Source: Methanobacteriota archaeon (GTDB lineage: Archaea > Thermoplasmatota > Thermoplasmata > UBA10834). From it: DNA of 64,000 nt. Position 1 is the stretch's first letter; each line of letters starts with the position of its first letter. Positions 9,397 to 17,955 of the stretch are shown piece by piece. The stretch spans positions 669,190-733,189 of the forward strand of contig CP070748.1 in the NCBI GenBank assembly GCA_020348345.1. The letters run 5' to 3'. The notes under the pieces were generated by a model. The model saw only the letters and a list, made by a program, of their open reading frames with translations. It did no database searches and was not told the origin of the DNA. The translations under genes were made by a program, and so were the position numbers.

Positions 9397-10599
9397 TTAG
9401 GGAAGCTCATCAAGCTTTGTCTGGATGCCGTCCGCTAGATTGAGAATTCTCTGGATTTCCTCGTCGCCTGCAGGCCCCTTCGAATCTATGATATCGAGGA
9501 CCTCGATTTTCGTGCCTTCGAGAAGGCCGCTCAACTGCTTGACCGCTCCTCCAGACCAACCGTGCGATGACAGTATCGCGGCATATTTCGTGGGCGCTCT
9601 GAGGGTCTTCGTGAGAAGGGTGGCGTAGGCAGCAACAGGGTGCACGCCCCCGAGCACAGTCGGGGCGCCGATAACGAGGATGGGCGAATCCACGAGCTGT
9701 TTGGCAACCTCGCCTATGCCGGTAACCGTGAGATCGAATACCTGAACTTCTATTCCCTTGCTTATCAGCGCCTCTCTCAGGACCTTCACCATATGCTCAG
9801 TTCTGCCCCACATGGACACGTATACCATGAGCACCTTCCTCTTCATCTTCTCTCCAGCCCAGTCGGTGTACGCATCAACTATCAGCTTAGGCTCGCGATA
9901 CATTACGCCGTGCGACGGGGCGATGAGTTTCGGATCCAGGGCCTTCACCTTCTCGATGGCTTTCATGGCTGGCTTTCTGAAGGGCATCATGATCTCTGCG
10001 AAGTACAGCTTGGCCAGCTCGAGTGTGTGTCCGTCACCGAACTCATCGGCGTAGAATTCACCATACGCGATATGAGAGCCGAAGAAATCGCAGGGAAACA
10101 GGACGCGATCCTCAGGAACGAAGGTGAACATCGTTTCCGGCCAATGAAGCCAAGGAGCATCCACGAACTTGAGAGTCTTGCCTCCGAGGTCGATCGACGA
10201 GCCTTCGTCCACAACCATAATCCTCTCCTCCGGCACGCCGAAGTACATCATCGCCGCCTCCTTGCCCTTCGCACTCGTGACCAGTATCGCCTCTTCAGCG
10301 AGTGACAGAATGCGGCCGCATGCGCTTGCATGGTCTGGTTCCGCGTGATTCATAATGACGTAATCTATGCTCGTGGGCTCGGTGTGTTGCGATATCTTGT
10401 CAACGAGCTCCTCCTCAAATCCAGGGTTGGTCGTATCGATAAGGGCGGTCTTGTCCGCCCCCTTCACGAGATATGCATTGTAGCTCGTGCCATGCGGCAG
10501 CGGTATCAATCCGTCAAACAGCCTTCTGCTCGGATCCTTAACCCCCACCCAGTGTATGCCCGGAGCTAATTCCACTGTGCCCATTTGAGTTTTCGCCAT
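9397..10599 (-). CDS. fprA: flavodiiron protein (FprA; metallo-beta-lactamase plus flavodoxin domains)
   Basis: Di-iron motif HAEPDH and a C-terminal flavodoxin-like domain (VLMVYVSMWGRTEHM). The 531-aa track ORF is trimmed to ATG at 10599 (MAKTQMGTVELAPGIHWVG), which has GGTGATGA just upstream. Confidence 0.85.
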   Translation of the reverse strand: MAKTQMGTVELAPGIHWVGVKDPSRRLFDGLIPLPHGTSYNAYLVKGADKTALIDTTNPGFEEELVDKISQHTEPTSIDYVIMNHAEPDHASACGRILSLAEEAILVTSAKGKEAAMMYFGVPEERIMVVDEGSSIDLGGKTLKFVDAPWLHWPETMFTFVPEDRVLFPCDFFGSHIAYGEFYADEFGDGHTLELAKLYFAEIMMPFRKPAMKAIEKVKALDPKLIAPSHGVMYREPKLIVDAYTDWAGEKMKRKVLMVYVSMWGRTEHMVKVLREALISKGIEVQVFDLTVTGIGEVAKQLVDSPILVIGAPTVLGGVHPVAAYATLLTKTLRAPTKYAAILSSHGWSGGAVKQLSGLLEGTKIEVLDIIDSKGPAGDEEIQRILNLADGIQTKLDELP

Positions 10600-10816
10600 T
10601 TCATCACCAGGCCGAGGTATATCCTGAGGGTTCATATGCTTGTTCCCGACCAGATAATCGCGCTGTGCTCCGGAAGGGAGCATCGGAGCGGGGAACATGA
10701 CAGCATAACATTGAAATCGAAGGAATGCTTTGGACATCCTGGCGTACGGGACTGATGCCAGGCATCTGGCAGTCCCCCAGCGCGCCTGGAATGCACATTC
10801 TCGAGGTGATTTCACC

Positions 10817-11344
10817 ATGGACCTGAGATCGAAGATCAAACGTGTGCCCGAGTTCAAAGGCGTCGTCTTCTGGGATATCACACCGCTGCTCAAAGATAAG
10901 CAGGCTTTTGGACAGTGCATAATGGATATAGCGGACCATTTCAGAGACAGGGACGTGAACGTGGTTGTCTCGAACGAAGCGAGAGGTTTCATAGTCGGCG
11001 CACCTGTCGCACACGAGCTGGGCGTTGGTTTCGTGCCGATCAGAAAGAAGGGGAAGCTGCCTCCCGAGGTGCACAGCTTCAGCTATAACAAGGAATACGA
11101 ATCGGACGTTATCGAGATCAGGGACGACGGCGTCCAGCAGGGTGACAAGGTGCTTCTTGTGGACGATCTTCTTGCGACAGGAGGCACGATAAAGGCAAAT
11201 GCAGACCTCGTCCAGAAGCTCGGCGGCGAGGTGGTCGGGATGGGTTTCCTCGTGGAATTGGAGTACCTCAACCCGAGGAAGTATCTTGGCGACAGCTACG
11301 AAATTCACTCGCTCGTGACCATCAATTCGACCGAGGAGACTTAG
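10817..11344 (+). CDS. apt: adenine phosphoribosyltransferase
   Basis: MDLRSKIKRVPEFKGVVFWDITPLL plus the PRPP loop VLLVDDLLATGGT. Trimmed from 10730. Confidence 0.85.
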   Translation: MDLRSKIKRVPEFKGVVFWDITPLLKDKQAFGQCIMDIADHFRDRDVNVVVSNEARGFIVGAPVAHELGVGFVPIRKKGKLPPEVHSFSYNKEYESDVIEIRDDGVQQGDKVLLVDDLLATGGTIKANADLVQKLGGEVVGMGFLVELEYLNPRKYLGDSYEIHSLVTINSTEET

Positions 11345-11419
11345 GAGGCAATCACAGCGAGCTGGCCCGTGCTCCGCCAAGCCGAAGATTCAATTACCTG
11401 GCATCTGCATCAGGATTGC

Positions 11420-11977
11420 ATGGTATTCGAAGCTCTCAAGGCGTCGCTTGCTGAGGCGTCGGTCATCGAACGTGGAGATTACGAGTACATCGTTCACCCG
11501 ATAACCGACGGCATTCCGCGCGTGGAACCGGAGGTCCTTGGTGAAGTCGTGGATGCGATGGTAGAGGTCGGCAACTTCGATTGTGATGCGATTCTGACCG
11601 TAGAGGCGTTGGGCATACCGCTCGCAACTGCCCTCTCCCTGAAGATCGGCAAACCGTTCAGCATAGTCAGGAAGAAGATGTACGGTCTCCCGGGCGAGGT
11701 GAACCTCTCACAAATCACAGGATATTCGAAAGCCACCCTCTTCATCAACGGTCTCAAGGCGGGGGACAAGGTCGTCATTGTCGACGACGTCGTCAGCACA
11801 GGAGGTACCCTGTGGGCTCTTGTGGACGCGCTAAAGAAGATGCAGGTGCATATATCCGATGTCCTTGTGGTGATCGAGAAGACGGACAAGAAGGCTGAGA
11901 TCGAGAGGAAGATAGGCCACGCGATCAAGACACTCGTGAAGGTCGAAGTTGCCGACGGAAGAGTTATCGTCGTCTGA
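11420..11977 (+). CDS. hpt: archaeal-type hypoxanthine/guanine phosphoribosyltransferase
   Basis: YEYIVHPITDGIP and the PRPP loop VVIVDDVVSTGGT. Start chosen at MVFEALK. Confidence 0.7.
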   Translation: MVFEALKASLAEASVIERGDYEYIVHPITDGIPRVEPEVLGEVVDAMVEVGNFDCDAILTVEALGIPLATALSLKIGKPFSIVRKKMYGLPGEVNLSQITGYSKATLFINGLKAGDKVVIVDDVVSTGGTLWALVDALKKMQVHISDVLVVIEKTDKKAEIERKIGHAIKTLVKVEVADGRVIVV

Positions 11978-12095
11978 ACCGACAGTAGCCTGTTTGAGTT
12001 CATATTCGCGCTTTGAAATACATTGTTTGACGCAAAAAGGACGGCAGCTCATTCGTCTGGTAAGAGGCTTATTGTAGCGCAAATCGACAGAACCT

Positions 12096-13517
12096 GTGTC
12101 ATTCTTCCGTGCATGCGTGATAGCTGCGCAGACTATCGTATCAGTCACGCTCGCCTCGGCAGCCGGAACCGGAGCAGGATTCTGCACTGGGCTCATCCCG
12201 GGCCTGCACGTCAATAATCTCGCAGCGGTAGCAGTCGCGAGTTCCGTGTCCGTCATAGGTGCCTTCTGCTCGATTGGAACGGTGCTGGGATGTGACGATA
12301 CCGCCCTTCTAGTGGCTTGCTTCCTAGTGGCAGCGATGATTGCGCACATGTTCTCTGAATCGGTTGTGGCGACCTACCTCGGCGTGCCCTCAACCGACAA
12401 CGTGTCGTTGCTGCCTGCTCATCGGCTAGCGAAGGAAGGTCTGGGTCATTGCGCAGTCCGCATCTCCGCTGATGGCTCGCTTTGCGGTGTCCTCATAGGG
12501 CTGCTCATCCTGGTGCCAGTATGCGCCTTCCTCGGCTCGCCGATTGACGCCTATTCTTCGCTTCGGAGCGTGATGGGTATTGTCGTGGCGCTTCTATCGA
12601 CCCTGCTGGTAATCTCCGAAGGGTTCGGGCGGCGAAGAGCCGTTGGTCGATCACTAAAAGGAGCGGCTTTCTTCTTCCTTTCGGGGATTCTAGGATTCAT
12701 AGTTCTCGACTCAAACTACTTCGCTGCAACTGTCCCAGACGTTCCATGGATGAGTGCCGATTTTGTGCCCAGGTCCTCTCTGCTCCTTCCGCTCTTCGCG
12801 GGTTTGTTCGGCATACCCACCCTTCTGTTGAGCATCGGCCCAGAGCTTGGTCGAGTCGCGCAATCGACAGCCTCGACGGTTGAGGGCGAGCCAAGGAGCG
12901 TCCGGCCAAGAGTCACATCGATGGAAGTTCTGACATCGTCTGTCGGTGGAGTGCTGGTTGGCTGGATTCCAGGCGTGACATCGGGATCCTCGGCCACTCT
13001 GTGCGCCAGCGTGGTGAGAGGCTCCACGCCCGAGGGAGGCGAACCCGAGGAGGCGGCTCGATTCATATGGCTGTATTCTGCAATATCCTCGTGCGGGGCA
13101 GTGCTGTCCGTCGGCGCCCTGTCCATGATAGGGAGGGCTAGGAGCGGTATCATGCAGGCGGTCGTGTTCTTCATGGAGGATTCAGCTTTCGAGGTGCACG
13201 GTCTTGAAACCGCAGATCCGGTATGCGCCTTGCTGCTGTCCATGCTCGCGTCCGCGGTTCTTTCGCACATGGCCATCCATGGAGTGTCGAAGTCGCTGCT
13301 GATGCGACTTCAGGGAGTGCTATGCTCCCGCAGGACGGCCGTCGCGTCACTCGTGTTCGTGGCGTCGCTGGTCCTCGTTCTCACAGGGACGAGGGGCATT
13401 CTGCTGTTGCTTTCAGCGACGACGCTAGGGCTGCTCCCACCTCTCTGCGGATCGCGCAGGATAAACCTCATGGGATGCCTCCTGCTGCCAATATGTGTTA
13501 CATTCCTCTCCGGGTGA
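12096..13517 (+). CDS. TctA/DUF112-family polytopic membrane protein
   Basis: Twelve or more TM helices with repeated G-x3-G-x-(I/V)PG motifs (GFCTGLIPGLH, GVLVGWIPGVT). GTG start; an alternative in-frame GTG lies at 12117. Confidence 0.5.
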   Translation: MSFFRACVIAAQTIVSVTLASAAGTGAGFCTGLIPGLHVNNLAAVAVASSVSVIGAFCSIGTVLGCDDTALLVACFLVAAMIAHMFSESVVATYLGVPSTDNVSLLPAHRLAKEGLGHCAVRISADGSLCGVLIGLLILVPVCAFLGSPIDAYSSLRSVMGIVVALLSTLLVISEGFGRRRAVGRSLKGAAFFFLSGILGFIVLDSNYFAATVPDVPWMSADFVPRSSLLLPLFAGLFGIPTLLLSIGPELGRVAQSTASTVEGEPRSVRPRVTSMEVLTSSVGGVLVGWIPGVTSGSSATLCASVVRGSTPEGGEPEEAARFIWLYSAISSCGAVLSVGALSMIGRARSGIMQAVVFFMEDSAFEVHGLETADPVCALLLSMLASAVLSHMAIHGVSKSLLMRLQGVLCSRRTAVASLVFVASLVLVLTGTRGILLLLSATTLGLLPPLCGSRRINLMGCLLLPICVTFLSG

Positions 13518-13536
13518 GCCTCAGGCTTGCGCTCAC
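13514..13536 (+). terminator. hairpin overlapping the tctA-like stop codon
   Basis: GTGAGC-11 nt-GCTCAC, a 6-bp stem. No T-tract follows. Confidence 0.25.
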
Positions 13537-13562
13537 GGTCAGATATGGGCAGAAGGAGCGGT

Positions 13563-13856
13563 TTAGGTAGAGAGGGGTTCCGCCTTTCTCCCCCCGTTAA
13601 AATAGCAGGGACCCTTAGAGGCCGTGAGGAAACCGACAACCGCCCTTGATGGGCGGAAGCGGCTCCGCACCCAACTCATACGGACCGCCTGCACAAGGCG
13701 GACACCCCTCTACCTTTATCGTGATTTCGTGCCGACGAAGGTAGTCACGTCGTGCATCGATGTCGCGAAAACGACCGGCGTCCTCCGGCGCGATAACGGC
13801 GATCATAGGTCTCCGAAATCGCGGCCGAACAAAGGCCGAAATCCTTCCCCCGACGC
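13563..13856 (-). ncRNA. candidate structured non-coding RNA of about 300 nt, identity unresolved
   Basis: The 430-nt convergent gap has no credible ORF. It contains several GC-rich hairpins (CCGCCC-5-GGGCGG, CCGCC-7-GGCGG, CTACCTT-22-AAGGTAG, CGGCC-7-GGCCG). A palindromic TATA box (CTATATAG, 13878-13885) is placed about 25 nt upstream for minus-strand transcription. Confidence 0.3.
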
Positions 13857-13877
13857 ATAACCCGTTTGTTCGACTTG

Positions 13878-13885
13878 CTATATAG
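13878..13885 (-). promoter_or_regulatory. TATA box candidate for the ncRNA candidate
   Basis: CTATATAG followed by an A/T run, in otherwise GC-rich sequence, immediately downstream of the polB stop. Confidence 0.3.
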
Positions 13886-13944
13886 TTTTTTTCGTTACTG
13901 ACTCCTCTTCCGGAACATTATTGAAAATGATACAATAGATGCGG

Positions 13945-16623
13945 TCATCGGACGAGCCTCTCGCGCAGGTTTTCGCGCGTGTATCCGAACGGCAGAAACA
14001 GCGTCTCCGCCGCACGTACGAGGAGATCTACGTAGGCCTCATCATCGTACTCCTCATCGCCGGAGATGAGCGGCTCGACCCTCACACGGGTGCGGTCGTC
14101 TCTGCTTCCGCTCTCCGTGACGATGTACCGCACCGTCTCCCCGGGAAACAGCGTCGCCCCCTCTCGCCGCAGCTGCACGAGCGCCGCCAAGCCATCGTTG
14201 AACTGCTCGTAATCCTCGATGCTCTTGGATATCCTCCTCCTGAGCAATAGCCTGCGCAACGGGACCGTCCCTGACCTCACCGCCTCGACGTAGTCCGACA
14301 ATATCTCCAACGCCGCAGGTATGGTGTCGCGGAACTCTCGGGCGTCGGCCGCCCCTGCGAGCAGGGTGAGCATCTCAGATTGCATCTCCTTGACAATCTC
14401 GGGCGAGTCGCTTCTCCTTGATTCTATGCCGCGCACCTTCAGCTCGCCGTTCTCGAAAGCTCCGTAGTATCTGTTCAGCGCGCCCACGCCAGCCGCCCTC
14501 GACGGCAGGAACACTATCCACCTGTACGTGCCCTCAGCGTCGAGCGGTATTCCTATGTGGCCGGACACGTGCTCGCAGAACCTCTCCACATCCCCTCGAC
14601 CCTTGAGCCAGAGCGAGTCGATTATGCCGTGAAGTATCTCGTAACCGTGCGCCTCGGCTATCTCCGACGTCTGCAGCATTATCTCCCTGCCGTATGCGTT
14701 GATGGCCTCATGGCATTCTATCCTCCCGAACCTGGCGTTCCTGTAGCCTGTGTATCCGAAGCAGTTGTGCACAAGAACACCGTTCGCTAGCGCGAAGCCA
14801 TGGAGGGGATCGGCGACTGAGAGACAGCAGACGCGGCCGTTGACAGGCGCTATCCTCCGTGTTGATACGACCTTCGTGCTCCCGCTACACGCCTCGCCGT
14901 CCCAACCGCCCTGGTAGAGCGGCGGGAGCGACGATAGGCGGTCGCCCTTCCTCAGCTCGTCAGCCCTTCTCATGCGCAGGTTTCCATTGAGAAGCGTGAA
15001 GCACAGATGATCAGGCGTAAGCACCATCTCGTCCGAGCCGACGTTCACCGAGATCATCTCGTCTGGCGCGGGAAACATCATGACGCTGGCTACGCGCTTC
15101 ATCGCCGGAATCATGAGCTCATCTACGCCAAACACGCGCAGATCGCCGTGCACTACGTGTTCGCCAAAGCACCGTCCTGAATACCTTTCCACGACGCTGC
15201 CTATCGACGCGATATCGAACCTGCCATTCAGCCTGTATGGCAACGTCGTATCCTCGTCAAGACAGGTCACGAGTAGCCACTTGAGCACGTCCGAACGTCC
15301 TTTGTACAGCGCGGTGTCGCCGACGCCGTGCCTCACCAGCCTCTTGAGCAAGGTCCTGCGCTCTACCACCGGCTTAAGGACGCGCGGTATGAGGCCGACG
15401 TGCCTATCGCATATCGTGTATCCTAGCACAGGTACTGTCCGTGCGGTCTCACGACAGCAGCTGCACATAATCGTCTCAGGCGAGATGTTGAAGCGCGTCA
15501 TTATGTTCGGGTACAGCGAGGTGAAGTCGACCTCTAGCACTTGATCGAACACTCCCACTCTTGGCTCGTAGATGAACCCTCCACGATCCGCGACGATCAA
15601 CTCCGTTGCCGTCTTGAACTTCTCCGGGAGGTTCTTCTTCCACATGATCGCGCATCCATCAATAAGAGCCTGGTTCACCTCCATGGCGCTTATGGCGCTT
15701 CCCGGGGACAGCCTTCCGAGTTCCTGGATGGGCGTGCGCGATATGCGTGCAAGGTCTATCAGACCGCCGAGCCCTCCCTCCACCAGCATGAACGAACTGT
15801 CGCGGTCGAGGTGTATCCTTCCCGCGAGCTTCTGCGAGGGGGGTTTGTACATGATCCTGCCGTACGTGAAGTATGATTTACCCTTCGTGCCTGGGCGCCT
15901 CTGTCGCTCTCTGCCGAGCTGAGGTGGCTCCATCCCCAGCGCCATCGCCCTGTGGTTCAGATACGGCAGCAGAAACGCGTCTCCGCCGTTGGTGTAGATT
16001 ATGTCGGGATCCAGCCTCAGCACCGTTCTTTCTAGCTCTCGGATTATGCATTCCTCGTCACCTTCGATGATTTCGGGACCCATCTCCGCACGCACGAGGC
16101 GGTCGCCAAAAGCCTCCAAACCTTTTCTGCCGCTGGTGGTCGCTCGCAGCTCGGCCGTCGACAGTGGCGGAAGCTCGTAATCCATTTCGAAAGGGTCGTC
16201 TAACATCCTCGGTTTCGGGGACAGCTCGACACGGCCCATGGGGAACAGGGCTTTTTCCACGAGATATCTCTGGCTGAATCTGAGGTCGACGTTGAACAGA
16301 TCGTAATCTCTGTATCTGCCACGGTTGTCTATCGTCCGCGCGGTCTCTTCGACCCTCGAATAATCCTTTATCGTGACGCCCAGCACTTCTTCAGGCTCAC
16401 TCGCTAGCCACAGACTCTTGGGTTCCCTCTCAACGCTCTCGACCGCGTCGAGTATCTGCAGCGCCTTCTCCAGCTCATCAAGTTTATCGGTCGAGGCTCG
16501 CACGAATATCTTCGGCAGGAATCGCCGGTCGACCACTCTGTGGGCGCCGCTTGCGGTTTTAATCCAGTAAACCATCGCATTGGATGAGTAGTCTGGATAT
16601 ACGTCGGTAATCCAGCCCCTCAT
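13945..16623 (-). CDS. polB: family-B DNA polymerase, exonuclease-motif-degenerate (PolB2-like), containing an intein
   Basis: Motif A is LEVDFTSLYPNIM. Motif B is split by the intein (KWLLVT|CFGYTGY). Motif C reads HGIIDSL instead of YGDTDS. Exo I (FDIET) reads STAEL and Exo II (NGDSFDFPYL) reads GGDAFLLPYL. Confidence 0.85.
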   Translation of the reverse strand: MRGWITDVYPDYSSNAMVYWIKTASGAHRVVDRRFLPKIFVRASTDKLDELEKALQILDAVESVEREPKSLWLASEPEEVLGVTIKDYSRVEETARTIDNRGRYRDYDLFNVDLRFSQRYLVEKALFPMGRVELSPKPRMLDDPFEMDYELPPLSTAELRATTSGRKGLEAFGDRLVRAEMGPEIIEGDEECIIRELERTVLRLDPDIIYTNGGDAFLLPYLNHRAMALGMEPPQLGRERQRRPGTKGKSYFTYGRIMYKPPSQKLAGRIHLDRDSSFMLVEGGLGGLIDLARISRTPIQELGRLSPGSAISAMEVNQALIDGCAIMWKKNLPEKFKTATELIVADRGGFIYEPRVGVFDQVLEVDFTSLYPNIMTRFNISPETIMCSCCRETARTVPVLGYTICDRHVGLIPRVLKPVVERRTLLKRLVRHGVGDTALYKGRSDVLKWLLVTCLDEDTTLPYRLNGRFDIASIGSVVERYSGRCFGEHVVHGDLRVFGVDELMIPAMKRVASVMMFPAPDEMISVNVGSDEMVLTPDHLCFTLLNGNLRMRRADELRKGDRLSSLPPLYQGGWDGEACSGSTKVVSTRRIAPVNGRVCCLSVADPLHGFALANGVLVHNCFGYTGYRNARFGRIECHEAINAYGREIMLQTSEIAEAHGYEILHGIIDSLWLKGRGDVERFCEHVSGHIGIPLDAEGTYRWIVFLPSRAAGVGALNRYYGAFENGELKVRGIESRRSDSPEIVKEMQSEMLTLLAGAADAREFRDTIPAALEILSDYVEAVRSGTVPLRRLLLRRRISKSIEDYEQFNDGLAALVQLRREGATLFPGETVRYIVTESGSRDDRTRVRVEPLISGDEEYDDEAYVDLLVRAAETLFLPFGYTRENLRERLVR
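14764..15264 (-). mobile_element. mini-intein (167 aa) in PolB motif B
   Basis: Residues 454-620: N-terminal CLDEDT, block B VLTPDH, C-terminal GVLVHN followed by +1 Cys. Codons were checked on the sequence (TGT at 15264-15262; AAC TGC at 14766-14761). Confidence 0.85.
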
Positions 16624-16910
16624 TCGGCCGCCTCACCGCCTCCCATCCCGTCCTCTTCATAGCCGTCTTCACGCAGAATTCTTCTGAGCCGCATGAGCTC
16701 CTTCTCGTGCTCGAGCAGCATCGATAGGAACGCCGACTCTGAAGGATCGACGCTGACGGCGTAGGTGGATGCGGACGCGTGCATGCGTGCGCTCTTCATC
16801 AGAGCTTCGAACGCTTCGCGGTCGCCCTTCCTGAGCGCCCTTCTGAAATCGTTCCATTGCTGCACCATTCGTTCAAGCGCGAGACGATATGTAGGCACGG
16901 TCCTTCCCAT
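16620..16910 (-). CDS. small helical protein with acidic/Gly tail, translationally coupled to polB
   Basis: Its stop overlaps the polB ATG (ATGA). The ATG at 16910 has GGGGGG 7 nt upstream. No family recognised. Confidence 0.5.
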   Translation of the reverse strand: MGRTVPTYRLALERMVQQWNDFRRALRKGDREAFEALMKSARMHASASTYAVSVDPSESAFLSMLLEHEKELMRLRRILREDGYEEDGMGGGEAAE

Positions 16911-17664
16911 AGAAACCCCCCGTGAAATCGTTCAGAACCATCTGGCTCCAAGGCACGGGCGTGAAGGTCGTCGACCGCCCCTCCTTGGGTATGCTAACGC
17001 CGATGCCGTTCCTGCCGCATCGTATCTGCATGTGAACATCGAAGGTGCCGGACAGAAGAGACGTTATCTTAGGATCCGGCTTCACATATCTGGGCGTGTG
17101 TGATGTGACCACGGTTATGGTCCCGCGCTCCTTTGTGATTCTCTCTATCTCCCTAGCGCATCTGCCGAGGAGCTGATGCGCCTCGGACCGCCGCAGATCC
17201 TTGTCCATGAACATGTCCGAGATTGACGATATAATGATGGTGGACGGCGCGCTCCTCCTCGCCTCTTCATCCAGGAAGCCATCGATCAGCGAAGTGAGCT
17301 GGTACGCAGTGAACGCCCGTGCCACATTGACCATGGACAGCTTCTCGTGCCTGTCTATTCCACGCCGCTTGCATAGGGCGGATAACATGTAGGGATCTAT
17401 CACATTGCCGCCGTCTATCCATATCACCTCCTCTTCGAACTCCGATAGCGCGCAAACGCACAGGACATGTAGCAGCTCGGAGGCGTATCGTGCGTCGGAA
17501 TCTATCAGAGTGACTCTGGATGGCCTGAACCCCCCTACAAAGTCATCCAGCGGCGCTATGGCTGTCTTCAGGACCCTCTCCGTAGCAAGGAGGTCGCTAT
17601 TGCCGAGGGCGGCGAATGAGCGTTCGAAGTGCTCCGCGTCTTGAGCGTATAGAGGCGCTGCCAT
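16873..17664 (-). CDS. RecA/RadB-fold protein lacking the Walker A P-loop
   Basis: Collinear with RadB/KaiC-type cores (LDDFVGGF..., IWIDGG, TIIISSISDMF, ITVVTSHT). Where GxxGxGKT is expected it reads LIDSDARYAS. ATG at 17664 (GTG at 17673 is possible). Confidence 0.55.
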   Translation of the reverse strand: MAAPLYAQDAEHFERSFAALGNSDLLATERVLKTAIAPLDDFVGGFRPSRVTLIDSDARYASELLHVLCVCALSEFEEEVIWIDGGNVIDPYMLSALCKRRGIDRHEKLSMVNVARAFTAYQLTSLIDGFLDEEARRSAPSTIIISSISDMFMDKDLRRSEAHQLLGRCAREIERITKERGTITVVTSHTPRYVKPDPKITSLLSGTFDVHMQIRCGRNGIGVSIPKEGRSTTFTPVPWSQMVLNDFTGGFYGKDRAYISSRA

Positions 17665-17732
17665 CTCAGTCACGTTACGTCCGGAGCGAGAGTTATATCG
17701 CTGCCCAGGGGGGTCTGGTGAATATAGTGGCG

Positions 17733-17742
17733 TTTTATAAAA
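17733..17742 (-). promoter_or_regulatory. palindromic TATA element (TTTTATAAAA) upstream of the RecA-like/polB operon
   Basis: The strongest AT-rich octamer in the divergent gap 17674-17955; about 60-70 nt upstream of the first start codon. Confidence 0.3.
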
Positions 17743-17955
17743 TCAGAGCGCGCCGTCATCGGCGCACAAACAGACGGCTTTCCATGGATCATCTGCCAAC
17801 CATCGAAGGGATCAACCACTGTATCACTCCATCGCCGTCTTTCAGCATGGCCTGCTCCGGTGAGCGAAGTCGTGGCAGAGAAGGGACGATGCAAAGCGGG
17901 GAAAACGGTTAACTCCACAGAGCTTCATCGGGACCATGATAGCCGAGGCAGAACC

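Noticed and set aside
9397-10992. N-terminal extensions in the ORF track (fprA 531 aa; also rpl18, rpl5, rps14, rpl6, rpl4, rrp41, rrp4, cbf5, apt, tyrS, response regulator, amidohydrolase)
   Set aside because: The extended parts overlap upstream genes or start at TTG/GTG. They lack homology to the family N-termini. Internal ATGs with SD-like GGAGG/GGTG motifs or ATGA coupling give canonical N-termini.
13615-13806. 63-aa minus-strand ORF with GGAG upstream, inside the ncRNA candidate
   Set aside because: All seven Arg codons are CGN, whereas the genes I checked in this window (for example rpl14) rely mainly on AGG. No motif is present. The sequence is dominated by hairpin-forming inverted repeats.
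13563-13856. Calling this RNA RNase P RNA or SRP (7S) RNA
   Set aside because: I could not find CR-I (GGAAAGUCC), a CR-V partner able to form P4, the SRP helix-8 GNAR loop followed by AGCA, or the Alu UGUAA motif on either strand. One segment (GAUAAAGGUAGAGGGGUG plus hairpin) only loosely resembles RNase P J11/12-P12.
13581-13860. Similar pyrimidine-rich ends (CCGCCTTTCTCCCCCCG and CCGAAATCCTTCCCCCG), about 260 nt apart, as MITE-type target duplications
   Set aside because: The match is imperfect, and the flanking GGGTT / AACCC complementarity is only 5 nt. There is no second copy of the element in the window to support mobility.
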